Assembly (NCBI GenBank): GCA_965153455.1
Contig: OZ234493.1
Location: 14,808,213-14,872,212, forward strand
From: Sphagnum compactum
Lineage: Eukaryota
Length of the DNA: 64,000 bases
Reading direction: 5' to 3'
Of the stretch, positions 51,108-64,000 are shown piece by piece. How positions within the stretch are numbered: position 1 is the first letter of the stretch; each line of letters starts with the position of its first letter. Below the pieces are notes generated by a model. It worked only from the letters and a program-made list of their open reading frames with translations. It did not search any database and was not told where the DNA came from. The translations under genes were made by a program, and so were the position numbers.

Positions 51108-53933
51108 TTACAGCTCGGAGAAAACATGTCACGGAAAGTGGCTGCAGAGGTAGATTCTACAGTCGCAGTGGAACACTGGAAGGGTGCCCTAAAGAAAGGG
51201 AGGCGAATCTGGGTCTGGAATGGGTGGAAAGTTTTGATGAAGAAGAAAGTCAGGGAAGAATTTTTCCAGTGTAATTGGAGGGCAGCTTACCTTCAGTGAA
51301 ATTTTGGCTTACCTCTTGATTTTGTCTTTCCATGCTAAAGTTATCTGTTCGACGAGTTTTCAAACATAGATATATGGCACAGAGAGTATAATACTGCATT
51401 ACTCGAATGAATAACAGCCATCCAATATAAAAGAAAATTGTTTCCTATTTCTTTCCAAAGGGTAAGGACTAAGGATCTCAAAGGGTCATTTTGGAGAATT
51501 CAGGTCCCTCCCTCAAGAGGACTCCTGCCTGCTGCTGAGCCCTCATTCCCAGAACAGCCCCATTCTCTCTCCTTACCCTACACATCAGACCCTACTAGGC
51601 AAAGAACATGATCACACAGTTGGGATTCGAATGTGGCAGACGTGAATGGATGGTATTTTGTACAATACTTGGACCACTCTTGATCAAGGGAGATGAGCAT
51701 TGCAGGAGTTGACAGTTTGGGAGGCAATGTAGGTTTGACTTGACAGCTTGGGAAGCCAGCCAGAGTGTTAGGGAATACTTTGCTGTGCAGAGATTGAGGG
51801 TTGGGTGAGAGTAGAGCTACAGGTCATGCAGGTTCATGGGTAAGTATCAAAGGAACTCCTGTATATTATGTTGTGGAAGAGAGGTTGGAGCTTTGAGAGT
51901 CTGAGTAGTCATCAGAGAGTAGATATGGCTTGCTGCATAATTGGGGTGGGCTTGGACTCAGCTGTCCTTTGTGCTGTTGAACCCATCACAGATTACTGCT
52001 ACAGGTACTTCATTACACCTCCATACCCCTTCAACTACAATTTTTCCTTGAATCTTCTGGTGAACAATGCCAACATGACTCTAAATCTGTGAAGGATCCA
52101 TGATGTTCTGTTGTAATGGTTCTTTTGTTTCATCTTTTGTGTAGGTTATGACTTTTGACTGCATCCTGCATCCCTTGTCTTGCTTCTGCACTGGGTGGTT
52201 GTTTGTGATGGCTCAAGAAGCGGAAGTGATTGTAGCCAAGGAACAAATGGGTGTGTATTCCTAATAGAAGAATTGGCAAAAGCATTTGAATGATGCACCA
52301 CACGAAACTGATGCAAAACACAAGAGGGCAATTGAACTTGGCAACATGCCTACAGAGCTTGCCAAGGTTTGGCTATGTCTGAAGCTCTGGAGTTTGCAGC
52401 AGAAGGCAAGGAACCAGAAAATGCACTTCAAATGATAGGTAAGCTGGTCTGCATTGCCAGTTTAGGGATTGGTGTGGTGGACAAGTCTTTGTTTGATTTA
52501 AAGCTCCATAATAGGAGGTATTTTGTCCTGTGCAGATTTAAGCTCATTGAGATTCAAGACATGCCCATGGTGCAGTGACCCACTGGGCACCAAAGCTGTT
52601 TGCCATGTAGCCCACACACAATGACCCATGTATTACAATTGTGGTACATTGGCCAACAAGCTCTTGGGCTTGAAGCTGCCTAACAAAACAAGGTCCAAAG
52701 TGGAGTTTGATATAGATTTGGGGCACATGTTCCAGCCAGCTATGTTAGAGGATATGGTGAAGCAAACAGGTTACAAGTCCTCCATTTTGGCAGTCATATT
52801 CTTAGGTAGTACTTGGTGCAAGTGGGGTTGATGTAGATGTGATTGCTAAGCATTTCCTGCAGGAAGAAGAGGGAGGTACTTACAACCATGTAGCTTCTTT
52901 TCCATCTCTGCAACTCTATTTGCTGGTAAGCAGCTGATCATGACTACTATGACATCAACTATGCCAAACACTAGAGTTCTCTGCAATGAAACTGAAACGC
53001 CTCCTACAACACTACAGTTTTTCAATTCATAATGCACACAGGCAGATTTTTTTAGTGTAGTTGGACAATGCCTCACTGCACAGAAATTTTCCTCCACAAA
53101 GGGTTCAAAGAACTTAATGGCAGTTTTGTTTTTCAAAGCACTTGCTTTTGGCTTTTTCCCTGTGATACCCAATGGGTATCCTCCAGGTAGCACAGGAAAA
53201 ATTTAAAAACTAAAATCCGCCCAGTGCTTTGCTCTCAGTAAAGCCTGAAGCTTGTGGCCTCAGCCTTTATCCTAAACAAATAAATGCCAGAATTGCAAAT
53301 TGCAGAACAGGTACCGAATGATTAGGACTCTACTTGATCCCAAGAGAGGACTTTAGGATGTTTACCTGGTGTGATCTGTGTAGTGGAATAAAGACCCACA
53401 GACTACTGAACAAAGTTTTGCAAGAATCAGTTGGGCTTTCAGTAAATATTCTTGTTCTCTGTACATGTGTGTCTTTTTATAGGATTTGATATGGTATTTT
53501 ATAGAATTTGGTCCACCCTGACTTTCATGCGTTAATTGACAAGTGCAAAAAGAATTTCATTAATATCCCAAAAACCTGCTACTAAAAACTGAATCAAAGT
53601 CTCTTTTTCTCGCTTAACCTTAAGATCTTAGGAGTAACAGGCACTTAGAGTGCACATTTGAGGGCTTGGAACCCACAACCAGTTGCAAACTGGTAATGAG
53701 GCAAAGCAACAACTATGGCTATTGCATATCAACAAGAATCAAGCCTGGCAAGTTGCCAAAAAATCAAACTGTATTCAACTTCAAGGATCTGGAGCTCCAG
53801 GTTTACTTCTTGAACATGAACTGCAATCCAGATTGCTTTACAATTGAGAAGCAGGACAAGGAGAGCTGGAGAGGAGAACAGAGGAGAACATTCACAGTAA
53901 ACATTAGGGCTGGACTGCAAGAGAATTAGGGTC

Positions 53934-54395
53934 CCAACGTTAGTCGGTTGTAAGAAATGGCGCCAGATGACCGGCGGTTATCATGGCAGTTCGTTAGGAT
54001 ATATAACCATGGATTTTCTCAAAAATCCAAATAACCGGATTTTGCCAGAAACCCCCACAATCCTGAAAAGCATCTACGAAGTGGTCCTTATACATAACCG
54101 CAGTTCTCAGAAAACCAAGAACCAAATCTGATATAACACCACAGTCCTCAAAAAAATCTAGGAACCTATCAAAATTCTGATACTCTCCCTGTTATTCCCT
54201 GAAAACCGCAGGTCCTTTTCTTAGGGTTTAGAGGTTTCTCCATTACAAAAGAATTCCAAAAACCTGAACCAAAGGTTCTTTGATTCTTAAAATTTTCAAG
54301 AAATTCTGGAAACCAGAGGCTCTTTGATTTCTAAATTTCATAAAACCAGAAACCGGAGATAATTTGGAAAAATCAAGTAACCGACCAAATCTGGG
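53934..54395. mobile_element. MITE with imperfect TIRs
   Basis: CCAACGTTAGTCGGTT ... AACCGACCAAATCTGG, with an AACCG/AAACC-rich interior. Confidence 0.55.
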
Positions 54396-56518
54396 TTTCA
54401 TCTGGTTGGTCACCCAGGAGAATTAGGGTTTCCACCCACAGTTTGAAGGGCCCCCAAGAAGCACATAGGAGGCCAAAACAGGTTCTCAGAAGATACAGGG
54501 ATTTGTGAAAAGCCCTAGGGGTTTTCTTGTTTGTTGAGGAACTGCAGAACGTCTCAGGACTGCACCCAGAAACAAAGCGTTTGTAAAGGGCAGATAAATC
54601 TAGTGTTTGTCCGCTTTGAAGCTTCAGTATTCAAGCTCGAAGCAGATTGTGTGATTGAGATACAACGCTCCCCTGCATCGCATTAGGCATGAAAAATTAT
54701 TAGACCCCCCCCCCCAAAAAAAACCAATCCCAAGATTTTGTAGACCTGGCAGCAACTCTAATATTGAAGATGAGAGCGGATGCTGCACATAGGCATCAGA
54801 TCAGCTTGGTAGATTCTTCAGCGTTCCTGACGTTGGAACCGAATTCGGAATGGAATTGTGAAGCTAGTCCTGCACGAGATTACTGATCAGATGCATGCTA
54901 GTTAGTTACAGATCAAGATTAAACAAACTAGATCGTCGATACTCCATCTGCAAGTTCAACTCAGATATTTGTACAACAGTATGCTGCCTTTGGCTAAGCG
55001 CACAGGCCGCCTGACTCGGATCTATCGAAGAGATTTTCAAATTGCCTTCAAGTTCATCAGCTACTCCACCTTTATATTCTCCTCATCTTGGAATGCATCC
55101 CCGCCTTCTGTAGTTCCTGCAAATGAAGACAATCCAGTAGCAGTACCATTAAAAAACGAATTATGTGTCAATAACAATCATGGTTGCGTTGGGTGCTCGT
55201 ATGACAGCAGGCATAGGGGGGACGCACAAGAACTGATCTGGTTCACTTGGTTGGTTCGCCTGAAAGGGTGGGGGGGGAATTGATTCTATACACTGTGTGA
55301 TCATGTGCAGGACACCCATGACGCGGCCATCATGCATGCGACATATTTGGTACAATCCCAATCTCTGGAATTTTACAATTTCTCAAATCTAGTAATCGAT
55401 CACAGAAACACAGTATCTCAAGTGTTTAGTCGAGTACTTACCCATGATTTCTACAATCCTTGATGATACACGTGATGATGCATTGGCTTCTACTACGACT
55501 GCCTGCAACTGAGCATCATGGGGAGGGATGACAATCGGCTCCCGCCCACGTGCAAGAAACTCTCGAGTAAGCTTCCTAAGATATCGGAGGAGTTTCACCA
55601 ATTCTGTTGCCAGTCGCACTGAGAGCACGAGACTGAGAAACCCAGGATCAGAACTTCCGCATGTGGATCATCAACATGGAACTGCTGGCGTGGAATTAGT
55701 AGCTGGAGCTCATGGCTGGATCTGGTCACTGGTGCCATGAGTCGACCCGGGGGACGTGATCGCGAGTTGGGTGGAGACTTCAGTTTTCAGCTGCAGCAGA
55801 TGATCAGTAGTACTGAAGCTCCTGCAACGAACAAATCACTACTATTATATTAGAACTGTAGTCACAAACGAAGCCTTGATCAATGAAGAGAAAGTTGCAG
55901 TGCAAGACGGTACTGAAACATGCAGGAGAGATGAAGCATTGAAAGGGGAGGTGATCAAAGACTTGATCACAACCTGTTTCAACTCAACCCTTTTATACGT
56001 CCCATGATCCACAGACGTCCATTCAGGTTCATCTCAAGGACGAGCCGCCGTTCGGGTATGTGGGGGGAGTGGGGGGGCGCTTGGAGGAATCAAACAAAAT
56101 CAGGAGTTGAGAAGAAGGACCTGCCGGCTGGTTTTTCGACCACAGAGGAGAGCTACCCGCCGGGTAAGCATGGTGAACAAGAAGTGGATTCTTCAGTTAT
56201 GCTGGAATTTTTTCTTTAGTGGACTCCACATGACCCTAAAATGTAGGGATACCAAACTTTGGCCCGTTTCTGGATGCATCACAATGTCTCTTCCCTGAAG
56301 AGCAGAGCCAATAAAAACATATAAAAATATACATTAGATGCATAAGTTGCTATTTGTTACAATATAAACAGTTTCACTAGTGTTAAAAATAAGCTCTCAA
56401 AAAATAAAAAACGAGTCACCTAATCATGGGCAAAATGCCCACTCGTGCAAGCATGAAAATTTGTCCTGAATAGGGTCCCCTCCAAGTACACTGAAAAACC
56501 ATTTGGAGCAGGTTTTTA

Positions 56519-57018
56519 GAGCAGCTCCACTGATGCTCAATATGTGACCCTCCAAAAATATTTCTCGCATCCAAAACTAGTTATTTACTTTTTTTGAATC
56601 CCAACTATAACAACTTAAACTAGGACTGCAAAGAGGTGGGGACTGCTACCCACACTACCTTGACAAATTTAGCATTTAATTATATTATTTTTAGAAATGT
56701 TGAATTTTTCAAAGAAAAAAGAAAATAACAAAAAAATTTGAAGGAAAATATTGAATCTTCAAGAATATTCTATCTGTTCAAATAAAAAAATAAAAAAAAT
56801 AAAATTATTCAAGCTGTGAACCTACAATTGTAATAGCAACCCCACCTGAACCAATCAAACTTATATCTAGCCATTCAAGAGCAGGTGTTAAGCTCTGCTG
56901 TGCCATTTACCAGCCTCAGAAAAAAAGCTGGGCCAAATCCCTTTTGCTGAGCCGAACTGGCATAGTTTGACTTTGATTCATCTAATTTTCCACATACTGA
57001 GCACCGGTAGAGCTGCTC
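56519..57018. mobile_element. Tourist-like (PIF/Harbinger) MITE
   Basis: 28-bp TIRs GAGCAGCTCCACTGATGCTCAATATGTG ... CACATACTGAGCACCGGTAGAGCTGCTC; TTA on the left flank. Confidence 0.8.
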
Positions 57019-58832
57019 TTCCGACTAAAAGCTCAAAGGGGTATATGCAAACTGAAGGGGTTAGCGCCAAGGGGGATAGGTGGGGATGACAAAATGGGGC
57101 CAAATGGATGATGTGATGAATCCACAGAATAAGTCTAAAGGATCAATCCCAGAATGGTAGAAAAGAAAAGAGTCAATGGACGCCTTATTAAGAGCACCTT
57201 TTGATTCGCCCACAGTAGACACAGTTCGACCCAGTTAGAAAATAGACGATCCAAAACCTGGGAAACTATTGGCTGCACGGACAGTTGTTTTCCAGGATTG
57301 GAATTTGGGTGGGTGAGGGTTCTACCCTCATATACCCGTGGGTAAAATTAAGGTGAACATATACCCTAATTGGATGATTTTTCTGTTACCCTTTGCTTAT
57401 TATATACCCCAACCTGTCAGTATTTCAGACTTACCCTATTTTTATCCAAAATGGGGAATGTAGATTCAACACTTACACTTACTCAACAAAGGTTATTTGT
57501 TTCGAAGCGGGTTAACAAGGGCATATGGTATATGTCAAAATTGTCCTTGCATCCTTTATGCAAAACATGATTGTAGTGGAGGTCCAGATGTTTGTGAGTA
57601 AGTAATGAATATATATTGCTTCTCGCATGTTATTTGTGTTCATTACTCTAATTACCTAAATATCCATTCTTAGATAATGTTCTTAGGACCCTTTTAATAT
57701 TCAACTATCATTTGCCCATGTAGTAAAGCCCACTGCTACCCCCATTCCCTTGCTCACCTCTTTTTGTAAGACATGTTGCTCCCCCTTTCCTGACCCACAC
57801 CTTGCTACTCAAGAGTTTAAAAAAGGTTCATGGATTTTTTTCCTTCAAACAAGCACATTAGCATGCATTTTTTGTTCGGGAAATTGTTCAGGGCTTCAGG
57901 AAGTTGATGTTCCCTATGTGGTTTGCCCTCTTTTGTGGTTTTTTTGTCTTCTTGGACGTGAGTCCTTCCATTTTGTTCCTTGTATTCCCCCTTTTCTTAT
58001 GGGTGCTTTGGTTTATTTATGATTAACAGGGTTTCATCATTTTTTCATTAGTTAAAACCTTCAAACAAGCGCATGGATTTTTCACCAGTTAAAGCCTTCA
58101 AACAAGCACATTATCAGCAATTCTGCATGGATTTTTGACCAGTTTAAAGCCTTCAAACAAGAGCATTATCAAGAACTGAGCATGGACTTCAAACAACTGA
58201 GCCTATGCTCAGCTCCCCTTCACTTGAAACCTAATTCAAACAACACCCTCATCCTCGGGTTTACTTTTTCTTTCCAATGAGTTTCAAACCATAGGTAGCT
58301 TATATTGGGTAACGAGTATAATCCTGCAACACAGTTGTCAAGTACAAAAGAAAAAGTCTTGCCTTTCTTTACAATGGGTAAGGACCTCAAAGGGGACCAT
58401 TCGGGAGATAGGTCCCACACTCAAGGGGACTCCCCTCTCATGAGGCACCCTCGTTCCCAGAACAGAGGCTGTTCTGTGTCCTTAGGGGTGGGTATACCTT
58501 TTACCCTGATATACTCCTGAGGTACAAATAAGGTATATTACTGGGTCACCCTAACCCAGTTTCTTAAAATCAATACACCTTAATGAAATGCATGGACAGG
58601 AGTATGTAAATCTGAAAAATTCTAACCTATTCATAACCTTGAATATATGTTAAAAATGCCCATACTTGAAGCTAGATATGTTTTGGAATTTGGGTAAAAA
58701 GTATTAGTGTAAGAATGACCTGAACCCTAAACTTTGTTGGTTCTATTAACTAGATGGTATGCTTCCCACATTTTTGTTGGCTCTGCCCATAGACTACGCA
58801 TCTATGTAGGATTTGGATTTGGCGATAAAATT

Positions 58833-59230
58833 TTGACTCACTGATTGGTCAATGTGGAGACGACAAGTGTTCACAAAATGAAAATTTTCACATGGATATA
58901 ATTTTCCATGTTTGGGTGGATATAACCTTAAGCACAGACTTAGGTTTCACAAACTTAGGTCAAAATGAAAATATTGACTCACTGATTGGTCAATGTGGAG
59001 ACGACAAGTGTTGACAAAATGAAAATTTTCACATGGATATAATTTTCCATGTTTGGGTGGATATAACCCTAAGCACAGACTTAGGTTTCACAAACTTAGG
59101 TCAAAATGAAAATATTGACTCACTGATTGGTCAATGTGGAGACGACAAGTGTTCACAAAATGAAAATTTTCACATGGATATAATTTTCCATGTTTGGGTG
59201 GATATAACCCTAAGCACAAACTTAGGTTTC
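58833..59230. repeat. 141-bp tandem repeat, about 2.8 near-identical copies
   Basis: TTGACTCACTGATTGGTCAATGTGGAGACGAC starts at ~58833, ~58974 and ~59115. Confidence 0.92.
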
Positions 59231-61086
59231 TTCTTGCAACTCCAACCCTTGCACAAGAAGGTGAAGAGGGTGTGTGTGTATGAAGGTGGTGGTGGTGCAT
59301 GTGGTCGTTTTGTTGTAGTTTGAATTTCATTTAACAAATCAAACTCTGCTTGGAGAATTGAAAATCAACGTGTTTAATGAATGTAAAAGTGGCACTAGCA
59401 TACGAAACAATTTCCTAGGAAGAGGCTATACTTATGAACATTATATAGAACAAACCTACTGATATTGTGAAATGGTATCCACTCCTGAAACGTGGGCTAT
59501 TTTCAAACATCAAAGGAGACCTTAGGTAATCTTTTATTTATCATCTTTCATGTGAATCATTTCCTGTTGCTATCATCGGCAACCATAATCTTTGACCCTA
59601 ATCTTCATTTATCTCTTTTCATCTTTAAACTTCATACCTATTTAGCTTTTGTGTTAATTTGCTTTGAATTGTACATGGTTTGTTCACAAGCTTGACAATG
59701 AGCCTTTTATTCCTAAGTTCTAGATGCAACTCATGTGGTTAGTCTTTCCAAGTATGTATTGGAGTTGGTTATAAATTCATCATTGATGATGGTAGGTGTC
59801 AAGTTCTAAAGGATCATTACGAAATGGAGATGCAATTTTACCAAGTGAGTTGTGTCGCTTAAACAAAGCTTTGATGCAGAGTTTACTTAGACTTGATGGG
59901 ATTGAGGCAGTTAATGAGGCCAAGATTTTGAGGGAAACACAAGTATCATGCCATGTTTTCATTGCCACTACCTTTCTAATGTTTCGTTCCAAAGTTGTTG
60001 AAAAAAGAATTGGAAACCCTTTAGCATTTCCATTCTTTCTTGACATGTTATGGACACCAATGTGAAAATGGTAGTTGTGGGGTCCACACAATTGTCAATT
60101 TGCATCTAAATCACCATTGAACCTAGTAGAAGCATACGTGAAAACCCTTTCATAGGAGACTTGAAGTTGTGTTCCATAAGTATCATGGTTGAAAACTATT
60201 GTTGGGATGGCAAACCAATGTCGTATCCCAAATATGGGCTTTTGAATTTCAAAAAACTACTGAAAATCTGGGAGAGTATCATACAACAGGGACTTCAATC
60301 ATAATGGATACAAAACCCACATTGTTCACCAGATAATGAATGTTCTCCTTAAATAAAGGTCTTTAGACCTTCTCAATTGATTACTTTAATTCAATTCTGA
60401 GCCATTATTGACCTTTGCTAATGGTTACATTGTTGTTTTGGAATATCTCTTCCCCCATGTTGCTGATTGGTTAATCTCATCAATGTTTTCCCAATTGTGC
60501 ATGTGAAGAGGGTTCAAGGACTAGTGGAAGCAGTGGATAGATTAAAAATAACACTTATGCAACCACCACCAAAAAAGAATCAAGTGGTAATGACCACTTA
60601 GTGGGAAACTTTTAATGGTGGTATGGGCAACCTTGTAGTTCCTCCTCCCTCCTCTGCCTCTATGAATGCAAATTGGGAAACTTTTAAATGAAAACAATAC
60701 CATTGTCTTAAAGCTAGTGGTGTGCATGTATTTTTTTAGTGTATGAAGTTGAGTAATATCACTACCATATATAATTTTCATAGATGCCTTAGGTGTCTGG
60801 AATGGTATAAAATTAGAGCATTAGAATTAACAGTCTTTGTACACTTAGAATCCCTCATCTTGTGAGGTTGGTTATTGTTTAGAGGGTAACATAATTGTGT
60901 GTATCCTTCTACCCTCTTCTTTCCCTTTCAACTTTTACCTGGTTGCCCAACTTTTAGGTAATTAACTATGTGTACAAGCTGAAAATCTACTATGGTTTTG
61001 AGCAACTACCCCCACCACCTCTTATGATGAAGCCACTGGCAAAGGAAACTGCTAGGCTTGATGTGCCAGTTTAGGTTGTTCAACAA

Positions 61087-61829
61087 ATGCCAAAGCCCCC
61101 CAAAAGAACTGAAATGATGCCCAACTCATTAACTATTCATGAAGTTGATTTCATTGTCAAGGAAACAAATCCTGATCTTGGGAAGGTTGTTGACTATAAC
61201 CATCACTATGATATTGTGGAGCATATGACCTATCTATTTATCTGTGTGGTGAAAACATGTGGTCTTACAATGAAAGATTCAAATGGAATTAGTGATCTTG
61301 TAAGTCTTTTTTGTCATCTTGCCTTTATTCATCATCTTCGTTGTTATTCATCGGTGCCATCATTGTATGCATATGGCATTAACCTACCACAAGTCGGATT
61401 TAGAATTCCACAACTTCTATTATGTCAATATGTTTAGTTAAATACATTTGATTATGCATTGTTGAATCCATCTATCTATTTGTGATATCTAGTAGCCTTA
61501 TTGCCCTCTAGCTTCTTTCCTTAGCAATGCAACTAACTAGAAATGGTGAGTTCCCAACCAGACATTTTCTAATACAAATGCTTGAAATTTCTGTTGAAAT
61601 TTGACTTTTTATTGATGGAGCTTATGATATGAGTATTTATTGCAATGATGACCTACATTTGGGTGTGGATTGGGGTTGGCATCCAACAATTTGTAAAAAT
61701 ACAAGTGGAAATGTGAAAGTAGAGACTACAATTGTCTCACACAACCTTAACCCAAAATGGAATCAAGTTTTTGTAGTTGGAAAGGACAAAATTCAAGGTA
61801 AAACCCTTGAATTGAAAGTTTGGGATGCG
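61087..61829 (+). pseudogene. MCTP (multiple C2 domain and transmembrane, FTIP/QUIRKY-like) fragment
   Basis: DFIVKETNPDLG...HYDIVEHMTYLFICVVKTCGL..KDSNGISDL|gtaagt (donor at 61300), then GNVKVETTIV..NLNPKWNQVFVVGKDKIQGKTLELKVWDA|gt. This is a degraded C2 domain, and no further exons were seen. Confidence 0.75.
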
Positions 61830-62049
61830 GTACATGCCTTTCCTTCTCTTGCCTCCCTTTGACAATTCTCCCACCTGACCTAAAGTTTGAAACCTTTAGT
61901 AGTGCCAATTGACACTTCAATTGCAAGCACTAAAAAAAAAAAGGCACAAAAGCATATCCTCTTACGGATTTTCTCTCAAAAGGAAAGCTCAATGTAAAAA
62001 TGGGAAGAAACTATGGGCATCAAAGGATGAGAAGCTTTGGGTCCATTAC

Positions 62050-62450
62050 CATACATCCACAACACATAAATTCACATGTATCAATGACCTTGCTCGTAAT
62101 AGGCATCCACAACACATAACTTCACTCGAACTAAGCATCCAAAACACATAACTGCCATGTAAAATGCATCCACAATACATAACTTCATTTGTGATTAACA
62201 ACCACAACACATAACTTCACTTGTAACAAACATCCACAACACATAACATCACTTGTAAAAGGCATCCATAAGACATTAAAATTTGCTCATGACAAGCATT
62301 GAAAACACATAACTTGGCTACACATGACATAATTTGGCATTACAAGCAACATCACCCTGTAACATGTCCACTTACACAAACCAATAACACATAACCCGAC
62401 TACAAACAAGATTCCAAAACATGTAGCGCTCCCAATACATAACTTGGCAA
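62050..62450. repeat. Degenerate ~35-40 bp tandem array
   Basis: Recurrent CATCCACAACACATAACTTCAC. Confidence 0.75.
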
Positions 62451-62529
62451 CATGAACCTACAATAGAAAATGTGGCCTTATTTACTAACAAGGACCCACA
62501 GTATAGAAATATGGGAGGTGATAAATTTA

Positions 62530-63930
62530 CCTGAGGCTATTTATTTTTGCGTTCGCATCATCCACAATGAAGGCATTTGGATGCCAATTGCTCTTGACCA
62601 TCAACAAACTTTTGTTTAATGCATCCATCTACAAGGCTAAGTCATGTTGTTTGTAACTTGATGTGATGATGTACACCACAAGGACCCCGTTACACATTCA
62701 TCGAACACCATCATCATGTATAATGGAAACTGTAACAACAATGTGATATGGTTTACTTTAGGTGGTTGGTTATTACAAAGTCAGCACACAAATTATTCAC
62801 GTACCTTCTTCTCGTTCAATACCCCACCATAATTACATACCTTCTTCTCATTTGTTCTGAAAGTGGCATCAATTGAAACACCACTTTCATGACCACGTTC
62901 TAACATCATTTGCCATTCCATTTGTATCCCAATAGTGAAAGGCATATTACTGCCTTGAAAACCCCCTTCAACCTAAAGACCATTCTCTTGATAGAAGAAG
63001 ATTTTGTTTTTGTTCTCAATCACCCACATTCGCACACTTTGTGCATCATTTTTGTGCTTCTTGTATGTCTCTTTTGCTTACTTACGTGCCATGTTCCGAA
63101 TATCTTATTCATTCAAAAATAGGTTTCGTAATAGTTCAGCCCTATTCTCCATCATATCCTTCACCCAAACTTTGTGTTTACTCATCACTTGATAAATAGA
63201 TAGGCACAATCAAAGGTGTTCTAACACAAATGCTTGAGTCTCATTTGATACATGCAAAGAAAATGTTGACCTTAACCCAAATTTCACGATTTTGTGGATA
63301 ACAAGCCCAATTTTGTTGACATGATGGAATGTGGCATAACAATTTTTGCCAATAGTTGGGTGCTAGTATAATTGTTTCAAAATGAATGAACAATAACAAC
63401 CCTTCTTATGGCCATCACCCTAGCTCTTCATCGAAACTTGATGGGCCTTGTTCCCTTCATTAATTACCTCTTTGGTTGTTTTTGCTCTTTTCTTTCGAAT
63501 TGCCCATTCTTATGTATAGCATGGAACCATGCATATTTTCCGTACAATCAACTAGGCCATACTCATAGTGATACTTGAAACATGTCATCAAAGTTGGTAG
63601 TTGTTTAAAACAAAAACATGTGAAAGTCAATTGTTATAACCTAATACAATTGACAAGATCTCTCATTCATGTTCCATGTTTAAGAAGAAATCCTAGTTGT
63701 TCAGGAATCATGTTATTTCCCTCATGTTTTCTCAATAGCTATTGGGTTTAAGGTGTTTCAAGATTGAAGTCATTCGATGTTCTTTCCTAATGAACCTACA
63801 TTGCACACCTCCCTTGTTTTCTTCTCTGACTAGAAAATCTAAAACCTTAATCCATGGAACATGAGCCACATACAACCTTTTCCATATGGTATCTATCTCT
63901 ATATCATGCTTAGGTGTTTGTTGCAATTCA
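62530..63930 (-). mobile_element. Degenerate Mutator-like (MULE) transposase
   Basis: My translations: VAHVPWIKVLDFLVREE..VQCRF; KKGCYCSFILKQLY*HP...HHVNKIGLVIH; NDAQSVRMWVIENKNKIFFYQE...PFTIGIQMEWQ..GH...SIDATF; WHPNAFIVDDA. These match the MULE DDE core (first and second Asp). Stops and frameshifts are present. Confidence 0.75.
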
Positions 63931-64000
63931 ACTTGTCAACACAAATCCCTAAAAGTAAAAGGACTCAAGGGTGGTGGCATTACACCGCACCCTACTTTGT

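Noticed and set aside
51130-53400. Gene-like, moderately GC-rich region
   Set aside because: Only short ORFs interrupted by stops, and no motif I could recognise.
59400-60450. Possible further transposase or gene remnant
   Set aside because: Too degraded to assign a strand or family.

Overview
Eukaryotic land-plant nuclear DNA: AT-rich, spliceosomal introns, TE-rich. The proteins and repeats look bryophyte-like, plausibly Sphagnum (my inference, not verified). It holds two intact spliced genes, HCAR (7-hydroxymethyl chlorophyll a reductase, 19 exons, 11603-16844 +) and a UDP-glucose 4-epimerase (9 exons, 33483-36292 +), plus the 5' end of a probable condensin II CAP-D3 gene (1-400 -). The rest is largely transposon-derived: a degenerate non-LTR element with a restriction-like endonuclease, a degenerate Ty3/gypsy element with a nested LTR-like insert, a MULE transposase remnant, Tourist-like MITEs and several Helitrons. 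The most notable signal is Helitron gene capture. A 4.46 kb Helitron (6121-10576) carries an intron-containing, host-type RPA70 pseudogene. A head-to-tail Helitron pair near 49 kb is followed, in the same orientation, by exon fragments of ABC1K8, an OPT transporter and an alpha/beta hydrolase. All family assignments come from motif recognition by eye; no database search was run.
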